Of a stretch of 64,000 bases of DNA, positions 49,205-62,231 are shown piece by piece. Both the position numbers and the translations under genes were made by a program. Numbering within the stretch: position 1 is the first letter of the stretch; each line of letters opens with the position of its first letter. Source of the stretch: Stegostoma tigrinum. Its lineage: Eukaryota. The notes beneath the pieces were generated by a model that had not been told where the DNA came from, did no database searches, and saw only the letters and a list, made by a program, of their open reading frames with translations. Where the stretch lies: NCBI RefSeq assembly GCF_030684315.1, contig NC_081366.1, positions 30,480,078 through 30,544,077 of the forward strand, written 5' to 3'.

Positions 49205-50699
49205 AATACTCCTGTTACTGGCAAGGCCACATCCAGTGAATGAATAATAATAAAAAAAATCTCATCAATGCTCTTTTGATAGCAAATCCGTAAGCTACAC
49301 TACCAAAAAGGATAAGTGCAGTAGATGCACAGAAACACCACCACCTGTAAGTTCCCCACCAAACTACACACTCTGACCCGGAACTATTACCGTTAGTTCA
49401 CTGTTGCTGGGTTAAAACCCTACAGCTCCCTCATAACAACATTGTTACAGCGGTTCTCCTTACGGGCAGTTAAGGATGGACAGCAATTGATGGTGATGTC
49501 AGTCAAAAGTGTTAGACCTGGAAATGTTCATTATCTGCGCGTTTGGCTGTGTTACATTATCCCGAAATATCCACCAGTCATATTCAAAGATTATCAAACC
49601 TAAAGTGAGTATAAATGTGGATATGAATGTGCACAAACACTTAGGATGCAAGAAAATGCCACATCCACACCATCATTGTTGTCATCATCAAATGTTTATT
49701 TATTTAGTTTCCATTGTGACTAGAGACTAAATTAAGGTTCACTTTGCAGCCAGTTACAGTAAAATACAAAATTACAAAAAAAAATCAGTGGAGCAGAACA
49801 AGGTATTACATCAAAACCGGTAGATAACTTGTTCATAAAGACAACACAATGAGATGTTCAAGTTTAAATTCACCTGGATGTTTTGTGATGTTTATGCTTC
49901 AACTGCATTTAACCGTCATGAATGTACATGAGGCACTTCAGGTGGAAGGCTCAGCCTGCTGGTGCCCTATTTGAATGCTGCAGAGTTCATTTGGAGTCCA
50001 GAGTGGGTCTGCTGTGTGTGGTACTATTCTGCCATGAATCATACCAGGCACCATATTAGTGAAGGCATTAATGAGTCCAAGTAAAATCCAATGAAATATA
50101 GATAAACAACAGACAAACAATGACATCAGTCAGCATGTAATATTCAGTTGACACTAGCACTGCCATGTTGGAGCTGCAGTTTCAAGTCATTTTTTTTCAT
50201 AACTTCACACAACTAATGCCAACACTAAATGGCAGGAAGGACCCCCTCATCACTGCCATTGAATGGAATCGTCAGCTATTACTTACAGGCTAGTTGCTGG
50301 TTGAATTCTTCTAGCTGTTGGCAGAGCTTGTACATGTTTGATCCTTTCCATAGCAACTTGGAATGGTTTGTAGTGAGTAATGTAGCAGACACTGATCGCT
50401 TTTTGTTGTTGTCTTCAAGTCTTCAGTTGCATCAGCATGACTGGCTAGGGTTTCTACTTGATATCCATGGCATGGAGGTTGAGCAGAAGCTGCTCAGAGA
50501 AAAGAAGGGCTATCAGGAGTCCTTATCTCCAGAGGGATTGGGAGAGAATCTATTGGAATATTGACTGCAAGAGTGTTGTGACCTTCCTGGAAGTCCCTTT
50601 CCATACAGGGGTCCAGAGCCAAGATGAGAGCGGCCTGAGCTCCCCTGGTAGCACTCGGACATTGGCTGAAAGTTGAGGAATGGGCCATTCAAAGTTTTT

Positions 50700-51250
50700 G
50701 AGAAGATTTGTAGTACAGGTTGTGGATGAGACTGTAGACTTGCTCACCGGTCAGTGTGTTTGATTGCAGACATTTCGTCACCCTGCTAGGTAACATCGTC
50801 AGTGCACCTCTGGTGAAGCGTTGGTGTTCTGTCCCTCTTGTTTTTTATATATATATACGTCTTGGTTTGCTGGGGTGGTTGGTATTATTTCTGGTTCTAT
50901 TTCTCAGTGGTTTGTACATCAGGTCCCATTGGAATGCCAGGTCTCCCTGGCATGTCTCTGTTTGGCTTGGACTGTTATGGATATGTTGTCCCAGTCAAAG
51001 TCAGTCCTCCTTTGTCCATGTCTGTTGAAACAGAATTGGTCATGTCTCTTGGTGGCCAGCTGGTGTTTGTGTATCTTTAATGTCAGCTTTCTTCCAGTTT
51101 GGCCTATGCAGTGTTTCTCACAGTTCTTGCATGGTAATTTGAATATTATGCTAGTTTTATTGGTGTTGGGTATGAGATCCTTTATATTCGTCAGTAGCTG
51201 TCCCAGGGTGGTTGGTGGTGTGTGGGCTGTTAGAGAATGGGCCATTAGAG
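50700..51250 (-). mobile_element. Penelope-like element 3' end (GIY-YIG endonuclease and terminus)
   Basis: ORF 50919..51245 reads TSIIFKLPCKNCEKHCIGQTGRKLTLKIHKH...QAKQRHARE. Related to 38145-39312. Confidence 0.85.
50765..50806 (-). ncRNA. Minimal type I hammerhead ribozyme motif (predicted; best preserved)
   Basis: Minus strand reads UGCA CUGACGA U GUUACCU-AGCA-GGGUGAC GAAA U GUC UGCA. 7-bp stem II, GUC cleavage triplet and 4-bp Watson-Crick stem I. Confidence 0.65.
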
Positions 51251-51349
51251 ACAGCTGCAGTAAATCTTATCCCGTATTCTGAAATGGTTGATTCTATTTG
51301 ATAACTAGTTAATCAGAAATTGAACTCTTGTATTTTTTTTCTTTGTAAT

Positions 51350-53610
51350 GTGAAAATCACTGCAGCCACAGGCATTGTTGATGCACTGACTGTGATATTT
51401 AAGGATTCCTTTGATTCTGGAAAGGTCCCAGACAATTGTAGAAATGACAACATGACACCCTAATTTAAAAAGGGAAAGATGTGCAATCCAGGTGATATAG
51501 GCTAGTTAGCATACCATCTGTTATTGAGGAAAAGGTGTCCCTTATAAAGGATTAAGACCCAGGGGATTCAGTGGTCTAATGGTATTAGCGCTGGACCGTT
51601 AATCCAGAGACCCAGATAATGTTCTGGGGACCTGAGTTCAAATCCTGCCATGGCAGATGGTGGAATTTGAATTCAATTTTTAAAAAATCTGGAATTAAGA
51701 ATCTAATGATGACCATGAACCCATTGTCGATTGTCAGGAAAAACCCATCTGGTTCAGCCAACCTTATCTGGTCTGGCCTACATGTGACTCCAGCCCCACA
51801 GCAATGTGGTTGACTCTAAAGTGCCCTCTGGGCAATTAGGGATGGGCAATAAATGCTGCCTGGTCAGCGATGCCCTTATCCCATGAATGAATAAACAAAA
51901 AAAATGTAGCAGACTATTTAGGAATATCTAATAAGCAGAGTCAGCATAAACTGGTTAGCAAGATTAGATCACATGGAATCCAGGGAGAGCTAGCCATTGG
52001 ATACAAAATTGGCTCGAAGATAGAAGAGAGAGGGTGGTGGGGGAAGGTCACCATTCAGACTGAAGGCCTCTGACTAGCAGTGTGCTGCAAGATTTAGTGC
52101 TGAGTCCACTGCTTTTTGTTATTTATATAAATGATTTTGATGTGAACATAGACAGTATGGTTGGTAAGTTTGCAGGTGACACCAAAATTGGAAATGTTTT
52201 GGATAGCAAAGAAGGTTACCTCAGTGTACAATAGGATCTTGCTCAGGTAGGTCAATGGGCCAAGGAGTAGCAGGTGAAGTTTAATTTAGATAAATGTGAA
52301 GTGTTGCATTTCAGTAAGGCAAATCAAGGCAGGACTTATACACTTAATAGTAAGGTGCTGGTGAGTGTTGCTGAATAAAGAGACCTTGTGGTGCAGGTTC
52401 ATAATTTCTTGAAAGTGGAGTCACAAGTAGTCAGGGTAGTAAAGGTGGTATCGAGCATGCTTGCCTTTATAAGTCAGATTACTGCATTAATTTTGGTCTC
52501 CCTGGAATAGGAAAGATGTTGTGAAACTTCAGAGGGTTCAGAAAAGATGTAAGAATTTTGCTGGGGTTGGGCGTTTGGGCTACGGGGAGAGGCTGAAGAG
52601 GCTGAGGCTATTTTCCTTGGAGTGTCGGAAGCTGAGAGGTCACCTTTCTTAAGGTTTATATAATTACGAGGGGCATGGATAGGGTGACCAGCTGAGGTTG
52701 TTTTGCCAGGGTAGGGAAGTCCAAAACTAGAGGACATAGGTTTAAGATGAGAGGGAAAAGATTTAAAAAGGATCTGAGGACGGAACCTTTTCATGCAGAG
52801 TAGTACTTGTATGGAATGAGCTGCCAGAGGAAGTAACAATTACAGCATGTAAGAGGCATCTGGATAAGTACACGAATAGGAAGGGTTTAGAGGGATACAG
52901 GCCAAATGCTGGCAAATGGGACCAAATTAATTTAGGATATGAGGTCAACGTGGACGAGTGCACCAAAGGGCCTGTTTCCAGCGTACATATCTATGATCCT
53001 ATTACTGTTAGCCTTTTTTTAAAAAAGGAAATAGAGTATAAAATTAGGGACATCATACTGAAAATAGGCAAGGCATTAGTTAAAACTCACCTGGAATACT
53101 ATGAACTGTTTTGGCCCCCTTTTATAACAAAAGATATATCTAGCTGTCCAGAGAAAGTTCACTCAGCTGATCTCAAATATGCAGGGACTTTGAGTCAATT
53201 GGACCTATATTCAGTGGGGTTTAGAAGAATGAGAGGTGACATTATTAAAACATATTAAGATTCTTAGGAGACGTGACAGGGTATATATGGAGATGGTGTA
53301 TCATTTGTGGGTGTGTCTAGGACCAGAGGGCATAATTGCAGAGTAAGGGGCACTCAAAATAGAGATGAGGAGGAATTTCATCTCAGTAAGTAGTGAATCT
53401 TTGGAATTTATTACTGCAGAGTTTGAATCATTAAGTATATTAAAGGCTGAGATAAACAGATGTTTAATCTGTAAAGAAATCAAAGGTTATTGGGAGAATG
53501 GGAGGAAAATGAAATTGAGGATTATCACATCAGCTATGATCTCAATGAATGGTTGGTGAGTAGACTTTAATGGGTTGAATGGCCACCTCTGCTCCTGTGT
53601 CTTGTGGGCC
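51350..53610 (+). mobile_element. Cluster of CR1 LINE fragments (RT and two 3' ends)
   Basis: taagtttgcaggtgacaccaaaattgg (KFA.DTKIG), aaatgtgaagtgttgcattt and ALVKTHLEYYELFWPP...GFRRMRGDIIKTY. 3' UTRs end at ~53000 and ~53610. Confidence 0.82.
51562..51900 (+). mobile_element. tRNA-derived SINE (family A) inserted in a CR1
   Basis: B-box gagttcaaatcc, full body and tail gggcaataaatgctg...atcccatgaatgaataaa. Confidence 0.85.
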
Positions 53611-54049
53611 ATAAGTCCAGTGAACAATGACATTCATGTAACAAAGAAAAAGATACAAGATTTTTGATTCTACTTGATAACTGGTGTACATTTGGAAATG
53701 TGGGAAAGATTTATTACACCACATTTCATCTTGCTTCTCACCTTGCCCGATTTTCCAATTGTCTTTTCATGAGTCACTAAAGCAACTCGCGAGTTTTCCA
53801 GTTTCATCTTTTAATGAGTCCCTTGTGACATAATTTAGCCACCAGTGCAATTACAGGAGTAAAGCACTGAATCACAAACCTTGTTTGTATACAATAGGCA
53901 TTCTGGATTGCTTTGCGCTGTACTATAAATGAAAACGTATTTAGAGACCTGACTGATGCTTTGTGAACCTAGTTTTCCAGCTTTTTGTGTTTCGTTTCGA
54001 TCAATTTTCCTCTCAACATTTAGTCATTGTCGAGGTTTTATATTGAGTA

Positions 54050-54990
54050 CAATCTAGCAAATGACATAAAATCAGCTGTAAGAAAGTCTACAAGTAAGTA
54101 GGCAGGTCGTTTAGGTAAAACGATAGTGACTCCATTAAAAATGAAGACAGGTGAATTTATAACAGGGAGCATAGAACAGGCAGAGAAGCTAAATGATCAT
54201 ATCGTGTCCTTTGTCACTAAGGAAGATTCAAGAAATTTCTCAGAATCAGAGATCCAGGTGACTCAGGAGAATAGGATTTGAAGGAAATAATTAAGAACGT
54301 CGTACTGTATAAGAGAAATTCGTGGGCTGACAGTTGATGAGTCCCCAGAAGGAGATGGCTGTTAGGATGGTCAATCCATTGGTAATCATCTTCCAAAATT
54401 CCATAGATTGTGACATGATTCATGCAGATTGAATGCTTGCAATTGTCACCCTTCTTTTTAATAAAGAATCAAGCAAGAAACAGGGAACTACAGACCCAGC
54501 AGTATTATATCTGTTCTGAGGAAAATCCTAGAATCTATCATAAAGAACATGATAAAAACAAAAACTGAATAGGCATAATCAGCAGATTTGTGAATGGAAA
54601 ATCGTGTTTGACAAACTTGTTGGATTTTTTGATGATTTTGTTAATAAAATCGATAAAGGGCAATCTGTGGGTGTAGTATGTTTTGCTTTTGAAAAGGCTT
54701 TTGATAAGGTTACCCCACAGGAGAGTGGTTAGCAAAATTAAAGCACCTGGTACAGAGGATAATGTGCAGGCATGGGTTAATGCTTGACGAACAGACAGAA
54801 AACAGAGAGCAGAAATAAACGGGTCTTCCTCTTGTTGGCACACTTGACTAATGGGGGTACTGCAAGGATCAGTACTCGGGCCAAAGCTACTCACAACATA
54901 TACAATTGATTTAAACATTGCAACAAAATGTAATATTTCTAAATTTGAAGATGATTCAAAGATAAGTAGGAATGTGTTGTGAGAGATGAA
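54050..54990 (+). mobile_element. CR1 LINE internal RT fragment
   Basis: gggaactacagacc (GNYRP), aaatcgtgtttgacaaacttg (KSCLTNL), aaggcttttgataaggt (KAFDKV) and ggggtactgcaaggatcagtactcggg (GVLQGSVLG). Confidence 0.82.
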
Positions 54991-56039
54991 GGTTCACCCG
55001 ATTTGTTCCTATGATAGCAGGATGGACCAATGAAAAATTGTTCCTTTTTATTTTTCTGTATTTTCTTTATTTTTGATTGTGGACTGAAATTGAAAACAAC
55101 CATTTTAAAAATTAAGGATTATGGAAGAGATTACACCACTCTTTTAAAGCAGATTTCCGACACTCATTGTAAGTACAGTTTACATTGCTGTTTGTTCAAG
55201 CAGCAGGGGGCCAGTTAACAAGCTGTAACCAGGTAACATGTACAAAGGAAGATTCGGGCGGCAACAAGTAGCTGATTGGTGATGACTAGTTGTCAGTGGC
55301 AAATACCTTCTGACTGCTAACAACTTGTGGTGGCTCCCATGTTCCTAAGTGTTTTGACACTTCTGTTCTTTAGAGATTTGCAACACTGCCATAATTGGGA
55401 TGCCTCGTCAAATTCCCCTTTACTCTTCTTGGAACAAAAAGAGCAGGACTAACAGTATTGGAATATCAACCTGTAACAGACCATAGAGACAGACTAACCC
55501 CATCTGGTAGAAATGTGATACTGCATTTACAATTTGGGCTGTACCTGCAAAGCATTTATTTGAGGTGGACTACTGATAGACTACACAGTGGAGGCCTGAG
55601 ATCTCATGCTGCCTGCCTGGTGTCATGCTACATTTCGGTCCTATGTAAACATGTCCTATAATAACTGGACTAAGCTATTCTTCCTCACTATCTTTTCTGA
55701 TAAGGTCACCTTCACTTGGTCAGTCATTCCTGCCTATGCTTGACTTTGGTGCAATATTTACTAAGGGCATTTAGGCAGCGTCTATCACCAGGAGCAGTTT
55801 AGTAGCCCCAAGACTGACTCTGCTGGCCAAGTCCTGAGGGTTATTACTGCCATAATGAATTTGCAGCAGCTGGTGAGAAAATAAAGACGAGAACAATCCA
55901 TTTGACCTCCCCTCACTGTTCTACCAATCAGAGATACATCACAGAATTGGAGGAGTGGTCATTAGGATAGTGGCTGTGGAGATTGGATCCCATCTTCACA
56001 CAGAAGGGTGATCTTTGTAATAATACATGACGCAACCAT

Positions 56040-57600
56040 AATGGTATGTCAAATAGATTCAGCAGCTCACCCCCAGACATCTACAGCATGTTATGGGCCA
56101 GCAACAGCAGCAGAGTTTACTTAAGCATTATTATCAAATTAACTAGCCCGCCTTGGCTTATTTAGGGATACAGGAAGGCATGCTAGGAGTAGCACCAGTC
56201 AGACCTAAAATCAACCAGCTAAAGCTACGAGAGGACTACGTGCACACTAAATAATTTCCATAGGCAGAAATAAAATACTGTAGTTGGCTGGAAATCTGAA
56301 ATAAAATCAGGAAATACAAGATATGGGCATCAGTTCTGGCAGCATCTTTTGAGAGACACTCCATGAAGTTTTTACGCTGGGCCTTCCCTTATAACCGCCC
56401 TGACGAAAGCCTGACTTGTTGAGAATTTCCAGAATTTCCTTTTTTTGCTTCCATCTGTTTCTACTATAAACAATCACACAACAATGGATCAGATCAAAGC
56501 TCTGCAGTTCTGCCACTTCCAGTCACGGATGTTGGTAGACAGTCAAACCGCTAATGGTACAAGGAAGCTTTGTGAGCGTCCCCATTCTAGATACTGAGAG
56601 AGCCCAGCATGAGAGTGCAAAAGACAAGGTTGAAGCATCTGAAACCATCTTCAGTTAGAAGCGCCAAGCAGATGATCCACCTTGGCCTCCTCCTGATGTA
56701 TTCACTTTCACAGGAGCCAGTCTTCATTCAGCATAGTGCACTCCATGTGAATGGGCAGCTGGATGCGATGTAGTCTGTTGGCTCAGGCAGTATTCTGGCT
56801 TTAGTGCTGAAGCTGTGCCCAGAAGTAGTTGAACCCCTATCCAATCTGATGTAGTGCAGTTACGACACTGGCATGTAACCAGTAAAATAGAAAACTGCCC
56901 AATTATGATCTGTCCACAAAATGAGGGACACACCTAATCCAACTAATTCACATTCAAATCAGACTACCTTCAGCCATCAACAAAGCGATGTTGGGGCTCA
57001 TCAACTGTGCTAAGAAACCGTACTTAGCAATAAGCTCACGCTTATTCAATGTAGCTAATACTACAAGTATTCATCTCGAGGTTTCATCATTAGTCCATAA
57101 GATGCAGAGCTCCGACATTGAGTTGAGAACTACATGATAGCAGCATTTGACTTAGTGTGGTTTCACGAAGCCCAAGCAAAATTGAAGCCATTAAGAATCA
57201 GGGGAAATCTCACCACTGGTTTGAATTACATTCTGCACAAAGGAAGTTGTTGAGAGCCAATCATTTCAGACTAAGGATATTACTGCACAGTTTCCTTATA
57301 TCTGTGTCCTAGGCCTAACCGTTTTCAGCTAATTTATCATGGACCTTGCACCCATCATAAGGTTTAAAAAAAAGTGAAGATATTGCACAATGTTCAGTTT
57401 CATTCATAATAGTCAGATAGTGAAACAGGCCAGACCTGCATGCTACAAAACCTGGACAACTTTCAGGCATAGGCTGATGATGGCACGTGACATTCCTGCT
57501 ACAAACCACTAAGAAATGAATACTTCCAACAAGGAACAATTTCACTCAAGTCTTCGTCAATGGTGTTACCATTGTCAAAAATGCCACCAGCAGTATCCTG
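56040..57600 (+). mobile_element. Old CR1/L2-group LINE, heavily decayed; resumes at ~58225-58400
   Basis: agtgctgaagctgtgcccagaa, gcagcatttgac and tgtcctaggcctaacc. Related to 8470-9720. Confidence 0.5.
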
Positions 57601-57619
57601 GACATGGAACCCAAATATA

Positions 57620-58222
57620 AACATCAGAAATAGAAGCAGAGATACATCATTCATCTCATCAAACTGGCTCAACCCATTTGATAACATGCTGGCTGATCGG
57701 ATTGTAGCCTCAAATGCACTTGCCTGTGATTCATTTGCTAATCAAGAATGTATCAAAACCAACCTTATAAATATACCCAACCTCCTCTGTACTCTGAGAA
57801 AGAGGATTGCACAGAGCAATCACCCTTTAAGGGAAAACAAAATTCTCCACACCTCTGTCTTAAACACAAGGCCCTTTCTTTTTAAGTTATGTCTCCTAGT
57901 TCTGGACCCTTGCACAAAGGGACACATCCTGTCAGGATGTTTCAACAAGATTACCTCACATTTTTCTAAACTCCAATGAATACATGTCTGACGTGTCCAT
58001 CCTTTCCTCATAAACAACCTCTTCATCCCAGGAATTAGTTGGTGAACCCTTTGTGAGTGAACTGCTTCTGATGTATTTATGTTTTTTTTCCAAGCATGGA
58101 GATCTAAACTATACACAGTGTTCCAAATGTGGTCTCATCAGTGCCCTACACAATTTCAGCAAAATTTCTCTCTTTTTATATTCCATTTCCCTTGCAGTAA
58201 TCGACAATATTCCATTTGTGTC
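57620..58222 (-). mobile_element. CR1 LINE 3' fragment
   Basis: Minus peptide GSRTRRHNLKRKGLVFKTEVWR; ttccaaatgtggtctcatcag is the reverse complement of LMRPHLE. Confidence 0.75.
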
Positions 58223-58429
58223 AAAGACTGGAAATCCCAGAGCAAGCAACTTGCATCTTGACTCCTCAAAAGTCTGTCCAGCATTTATAAAGTGTGAATC
58301 AGGAGAATGATGGCATACTCTCCACTTGCCAGGATGGTTGTAATTCCAACAGCAGTCAAACTAGACAGAATCCAGGACAAGATAGCTTAATCGTCTTCCT
58401 ACCCATCGCTTTAAACATGCTCTGACTTT

Positions 58430-58710
58430 TTATTTCATTCATACATGGGATGACGGAGTCGCTAGGTTATGCCAACATTTACTGCTTATTCCTAATTGCG
58501 CAGAGGACTGTTAAGAACCAACCACATGGGTCTGTGGGTCAGGAGTCACATGTAGATCAGACCAGGTACGGATGGTAGATTTCTACATTAATGGGTATTA
58601 ATAAAGCAGATGGAGTTTTTATATAAGCACAATTGATTATCAGAAAGTCACTATTATTCCAGAATTGAATTCAAACTTCACCATCTGCTGTAGTGGGATT
58701 CAAACCCACT
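58430..58710 (-). mobile_element. tRNA-derived SINE (family A)
   Basis: gagtcacatgtagatcagaccagg and ccatctgctgtagtgggattcaaaccc. Confidence 0.72.
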
Positions 58711-59389
58711 TCCACACGATTCACTGACTTTACACCCTCCCAGTTCCCAGTAACATCAACAGGGTGCACATCAGCAACTCGCCAGGTCTTCTTTGACACC
58801 ACCTTCCAAATTCTGACTTCAACCTCCAAGGCAAACAACAGACACATGGGAATACCACCTGCAAGTTTCCTTCTGGGTCACGCATCATCCTGACTTGGAG
58901 TACATAAAAATACATTCCTTCACTGTAGTTGGATCAAGATCCCTAACAACACTGTGGATGGACTGCTACGGTGTAAGAACTTTCTCTGCCTGAGGAACAA
59001 CATTGTTATGCCAAAAGTTGTTAGGTCTGGAATGCACTGGATGAAATGGTGATGAAGGCAAACACCATTGTGGCTCATCAAATTGAATTGAAAAGGGAGA
59101 TGATTGGGAAGATATTTGCAGGGCCAAGAGTAAAGGTTGGAAAAGGACAAGCTAAATTGTTCTTGTAGAGAATCAGCCCAGGCTCAATGGACTTTACCAT
59201 AACCATTCGATGTTGCCATTACCATCCATATGCATGCAACAAAAACATGATTCTTGAAAGAAAATGTCAGCATGCTGTGTAGCTAATGGCAGATTTCACA
59301 GCTGAGCCCAATCCTGTATTTTCAAACTGAACATCTCTGGTAGGGTTTATGAGATAGTGGCTGGACAAAGGAGTGTTGATTGACTTGTG

Positions 59390-59737
59390 GTTGACATAGT
59401 GGTAATGTCACTGGGCTAGTAATCCAGAACCCCAGGCAAATCGTCTGAATATATGGGTTCGGTTCGCACTATGGCAGATGACAAACTTTTATTTAAAAAA
59501 AAGCTGTAGAATTAAATCTGTCCTAATGGCAACCACTAGCAGGTTGACTGATGTCCTTTTGGGAAGGAAGTCTGCCATCTCTGCCAGACCTACATGTAAC
59601 TCCGGACCCATGTCAATGTGGCTGACTCTTAATTAAACTCTGCTTTGGCCCTCACAAGCCACTCAAATCAAGGGATAGTTGAAAGTGGGCAATTAATGCT
59701 GTGCAGCCAGCAACACCCATGTCTGAAACATGAATGA
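59390..59737 (+). mobile_element. tRNA-derived SINE (family A)
   Basis: tagtggtaatgtcactgggctagtaatccaga, gggttcg and cctacatgtaactcc. Confidence 0.72.
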
Positions 59738-59979
59738 TAGAAGAAGTGTAGAAATATTTGCTTCTTCTGCTGCCTCAGTTAAGATTAGCTAACTCAAGGT
59801 GAACTGGAAAACCAAAGAATTTCCTAATTAGTTGATAAAATGCCTTCCCGAAGTGTTCAGTTCTTTACAAGGACTGATTCACTGTCCATTGCTGGAATAC
59901 CCCTGTAAGCTATAATAATGGACAATTAGATTTTAGTTTCAATAAAGATTCCCTGGTTTTCTTAGAATTCTTAGGTGGG

Positions 59980-60205
59980 GGAGGTCATGGCCAAGTGCTT
60001 TTGTCACTGGGCAATTAGTTCAGGAAACTCAGCTCATGTTCTGGGAACATGGGTTCAAATCCAACTACAGCCAATGCAGAAATTTTAGGGTGCAGTGGTA
60101 GTGTCACTGCCTCTGAGCCAGGAGGCCTGGGTTCAACACCGTCTGCCCACCCCAAAACTCCTGCTCCAGGCATGTGTCTAAACCTCTCTGAATAGGTTGA
60201 TTGGA
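59980..60205 (+). mobile_element. Two adjacent tRNA-derived SINE heads
   Basis: B-boxes gggttcaaatcc (~60051) and gggttcaacacc (~60130), each preceded by an A-box-like sequence. Confidence 0.55.
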
Positions 60206-61349
60206 GAGTATATATAAAAGAGTTCTTGGCTGATGTGGCTGTGTTGATAAGTTTATCAGGAGAATTCACCCCAACCGATAATACCTGTGCTGCAACCATT
60301 CAGAATCACTTACCTTTGCTATGTGACAATATAATTAACACTTCAGAATATGAACGCTATATAAGAATTAGTTCAGTATTTTGATACACTATACAAGTAG
60401 CAATTAATGTCTCTTCCTGCCTGAATGAGCTAATTATCCTGATAGCCATGACAGACGAACAGGAATCTGAGGAAAACAGTCATTTTTTTATTTTGCTCGC
60501 ATGAAGAATGTCTCCTATTTATAAACTATAATAATTTGAGTATTTATAAAAGTTTGTTTATTTTTCTGTTAAAATTAACTAACTCAATATAGATCTGTGA
60601 CCTTCATAGTTTGTGACTCATTATCGGATCAATCTCTTTGCGTGTTGGGACAAAACAGTTGGGAATCTGATGAACATTTTCAGCGAATTCTTCTACCTTA
60701 CTAAAATACAGCTTGCTCTCAGTACTGTGCATTGATTCAGCAGAATCAGCACAAATATGCAGTTATGCTTTGTTACATCCTTTGAAGGGAATTCATTTGG
60801 GCTACATCACCCTTTGGAGTTTTCAGTGGCTGAGGCATGGGTACCTTAGGATTCAGAATTAATGGACAGTCGTCATTGTGTGCTTGTGTTCCTTTTATAC
60901 TGAAGAACTTTTGTAATTGATGTTGTTTAGGATTGTAGTTCCTGGTCTGCACTATAGCTAATTGATAGACTAAATGTGCTTGCTAGCATCAAGCTGCAGC
61001 ACAAAGGGCAGTCAGTGAAGAGATTTGGTAAGTGCTTGATGTTCCTTTTAGAATATCTTTTGTTGAGATCAATTGTACAGTTAACCATGAAATTCCTTTC
61101 ACGTGTCGTTATAAAGAGATCCAGTCCTGGGAGATATTAAGATATTGCTGTAGGAATTGTGCACACTATTCAGAATTGCTTAAACATTGTTTAGTATTTA
61201 AAATAAAGAGAAGCTCTTCAGATTCCTGTAATTCATTTCTAAGGAACTAAAATAGGATTGAGAAAAAAATTGCTATAGTGCTTTTATAAATGTTACTCTG
61301 ATATATGACATGCATTTTCCTCTTCCTTTGTCATCCTGTGTTTTAATTT

Positions 61350-61658
61350 TCTTTATTCATTCATGGGATGAGGGCATTGTTGACCAGGCAGCATTTCTTG
61401 CCCATCCCTAATTGCCCAGAGGGCAGTTTAGAGCCAACCTGTCGGTCTAGAGTCACATGTAGGCCAGACCAGGTAAGGATGGCAGTTTCCTTCCCTAAAG
61501 GACATTAGTGAACCCGTCAATTGTTAATGGTCATTATTAGATTCTTAATTGCAGGTAGTTTTATTTGATTCAAATTCCACCATCTGTTGTGGCGGGATTT
61601 GAACCTGGATCTCTGGAGTAACAGTCCAGTGATAATACCAATAGGCCATTGCCTCCCC
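61350..61658 (-). mobile_element. tRNA-derived SINE (family A)
   Basis: Full reverse complement of the 33165/51562 SINE. Confidence 0.85.
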
Positions 61659-62231
61659 TGTGGCGAACCTATCTTCAGCCTGGCTAAATTTCAGTGTTCT
61701 GGTCAATTTAACTGGTCCAACATACACAGCATGCAAGCTTGTCACTTGGCAGAGGTTTTTAAATGGGAGTAAGGATGAAAATGCTGCATGTTTGGGATCT
61801 TGCATGCCCATCAATGGCAGTTGCATTTATCGACATTGTAACAAGGGTTGTACTTACTAATTAATTAATTGGTCCTAAAGGAGTTTACAATTTCTTGAAG
61901 ATGTGGTGAAGTACTGCAATTATGCAAGTTTTCTTCCTTTGTAGGGCAAATTTGAGGTCTGAACATAAGTGATTGGTGAGCACTGAGTTCAGTCAAGTCC
62001 AAATCCATGAGTTCAGGGTTTAGAAAGAATGATTTGTTGCCCACCTTGTCTCTGCCCAATTCTTGCCCCAAATTTAAATCAGGGGTGGAGTTTTCTTAAT
62101 TCGGACATTCTGTGTTGTCAGACAAGAATGGCAGCTCTGCTGGGCATTGGGACAGTGCATAGTTTCCATTCCTGCTTCATCATTCTTTGAAAAAATTTCT
62201 GTGTTGATATCATTTATTATTCATGACATCA

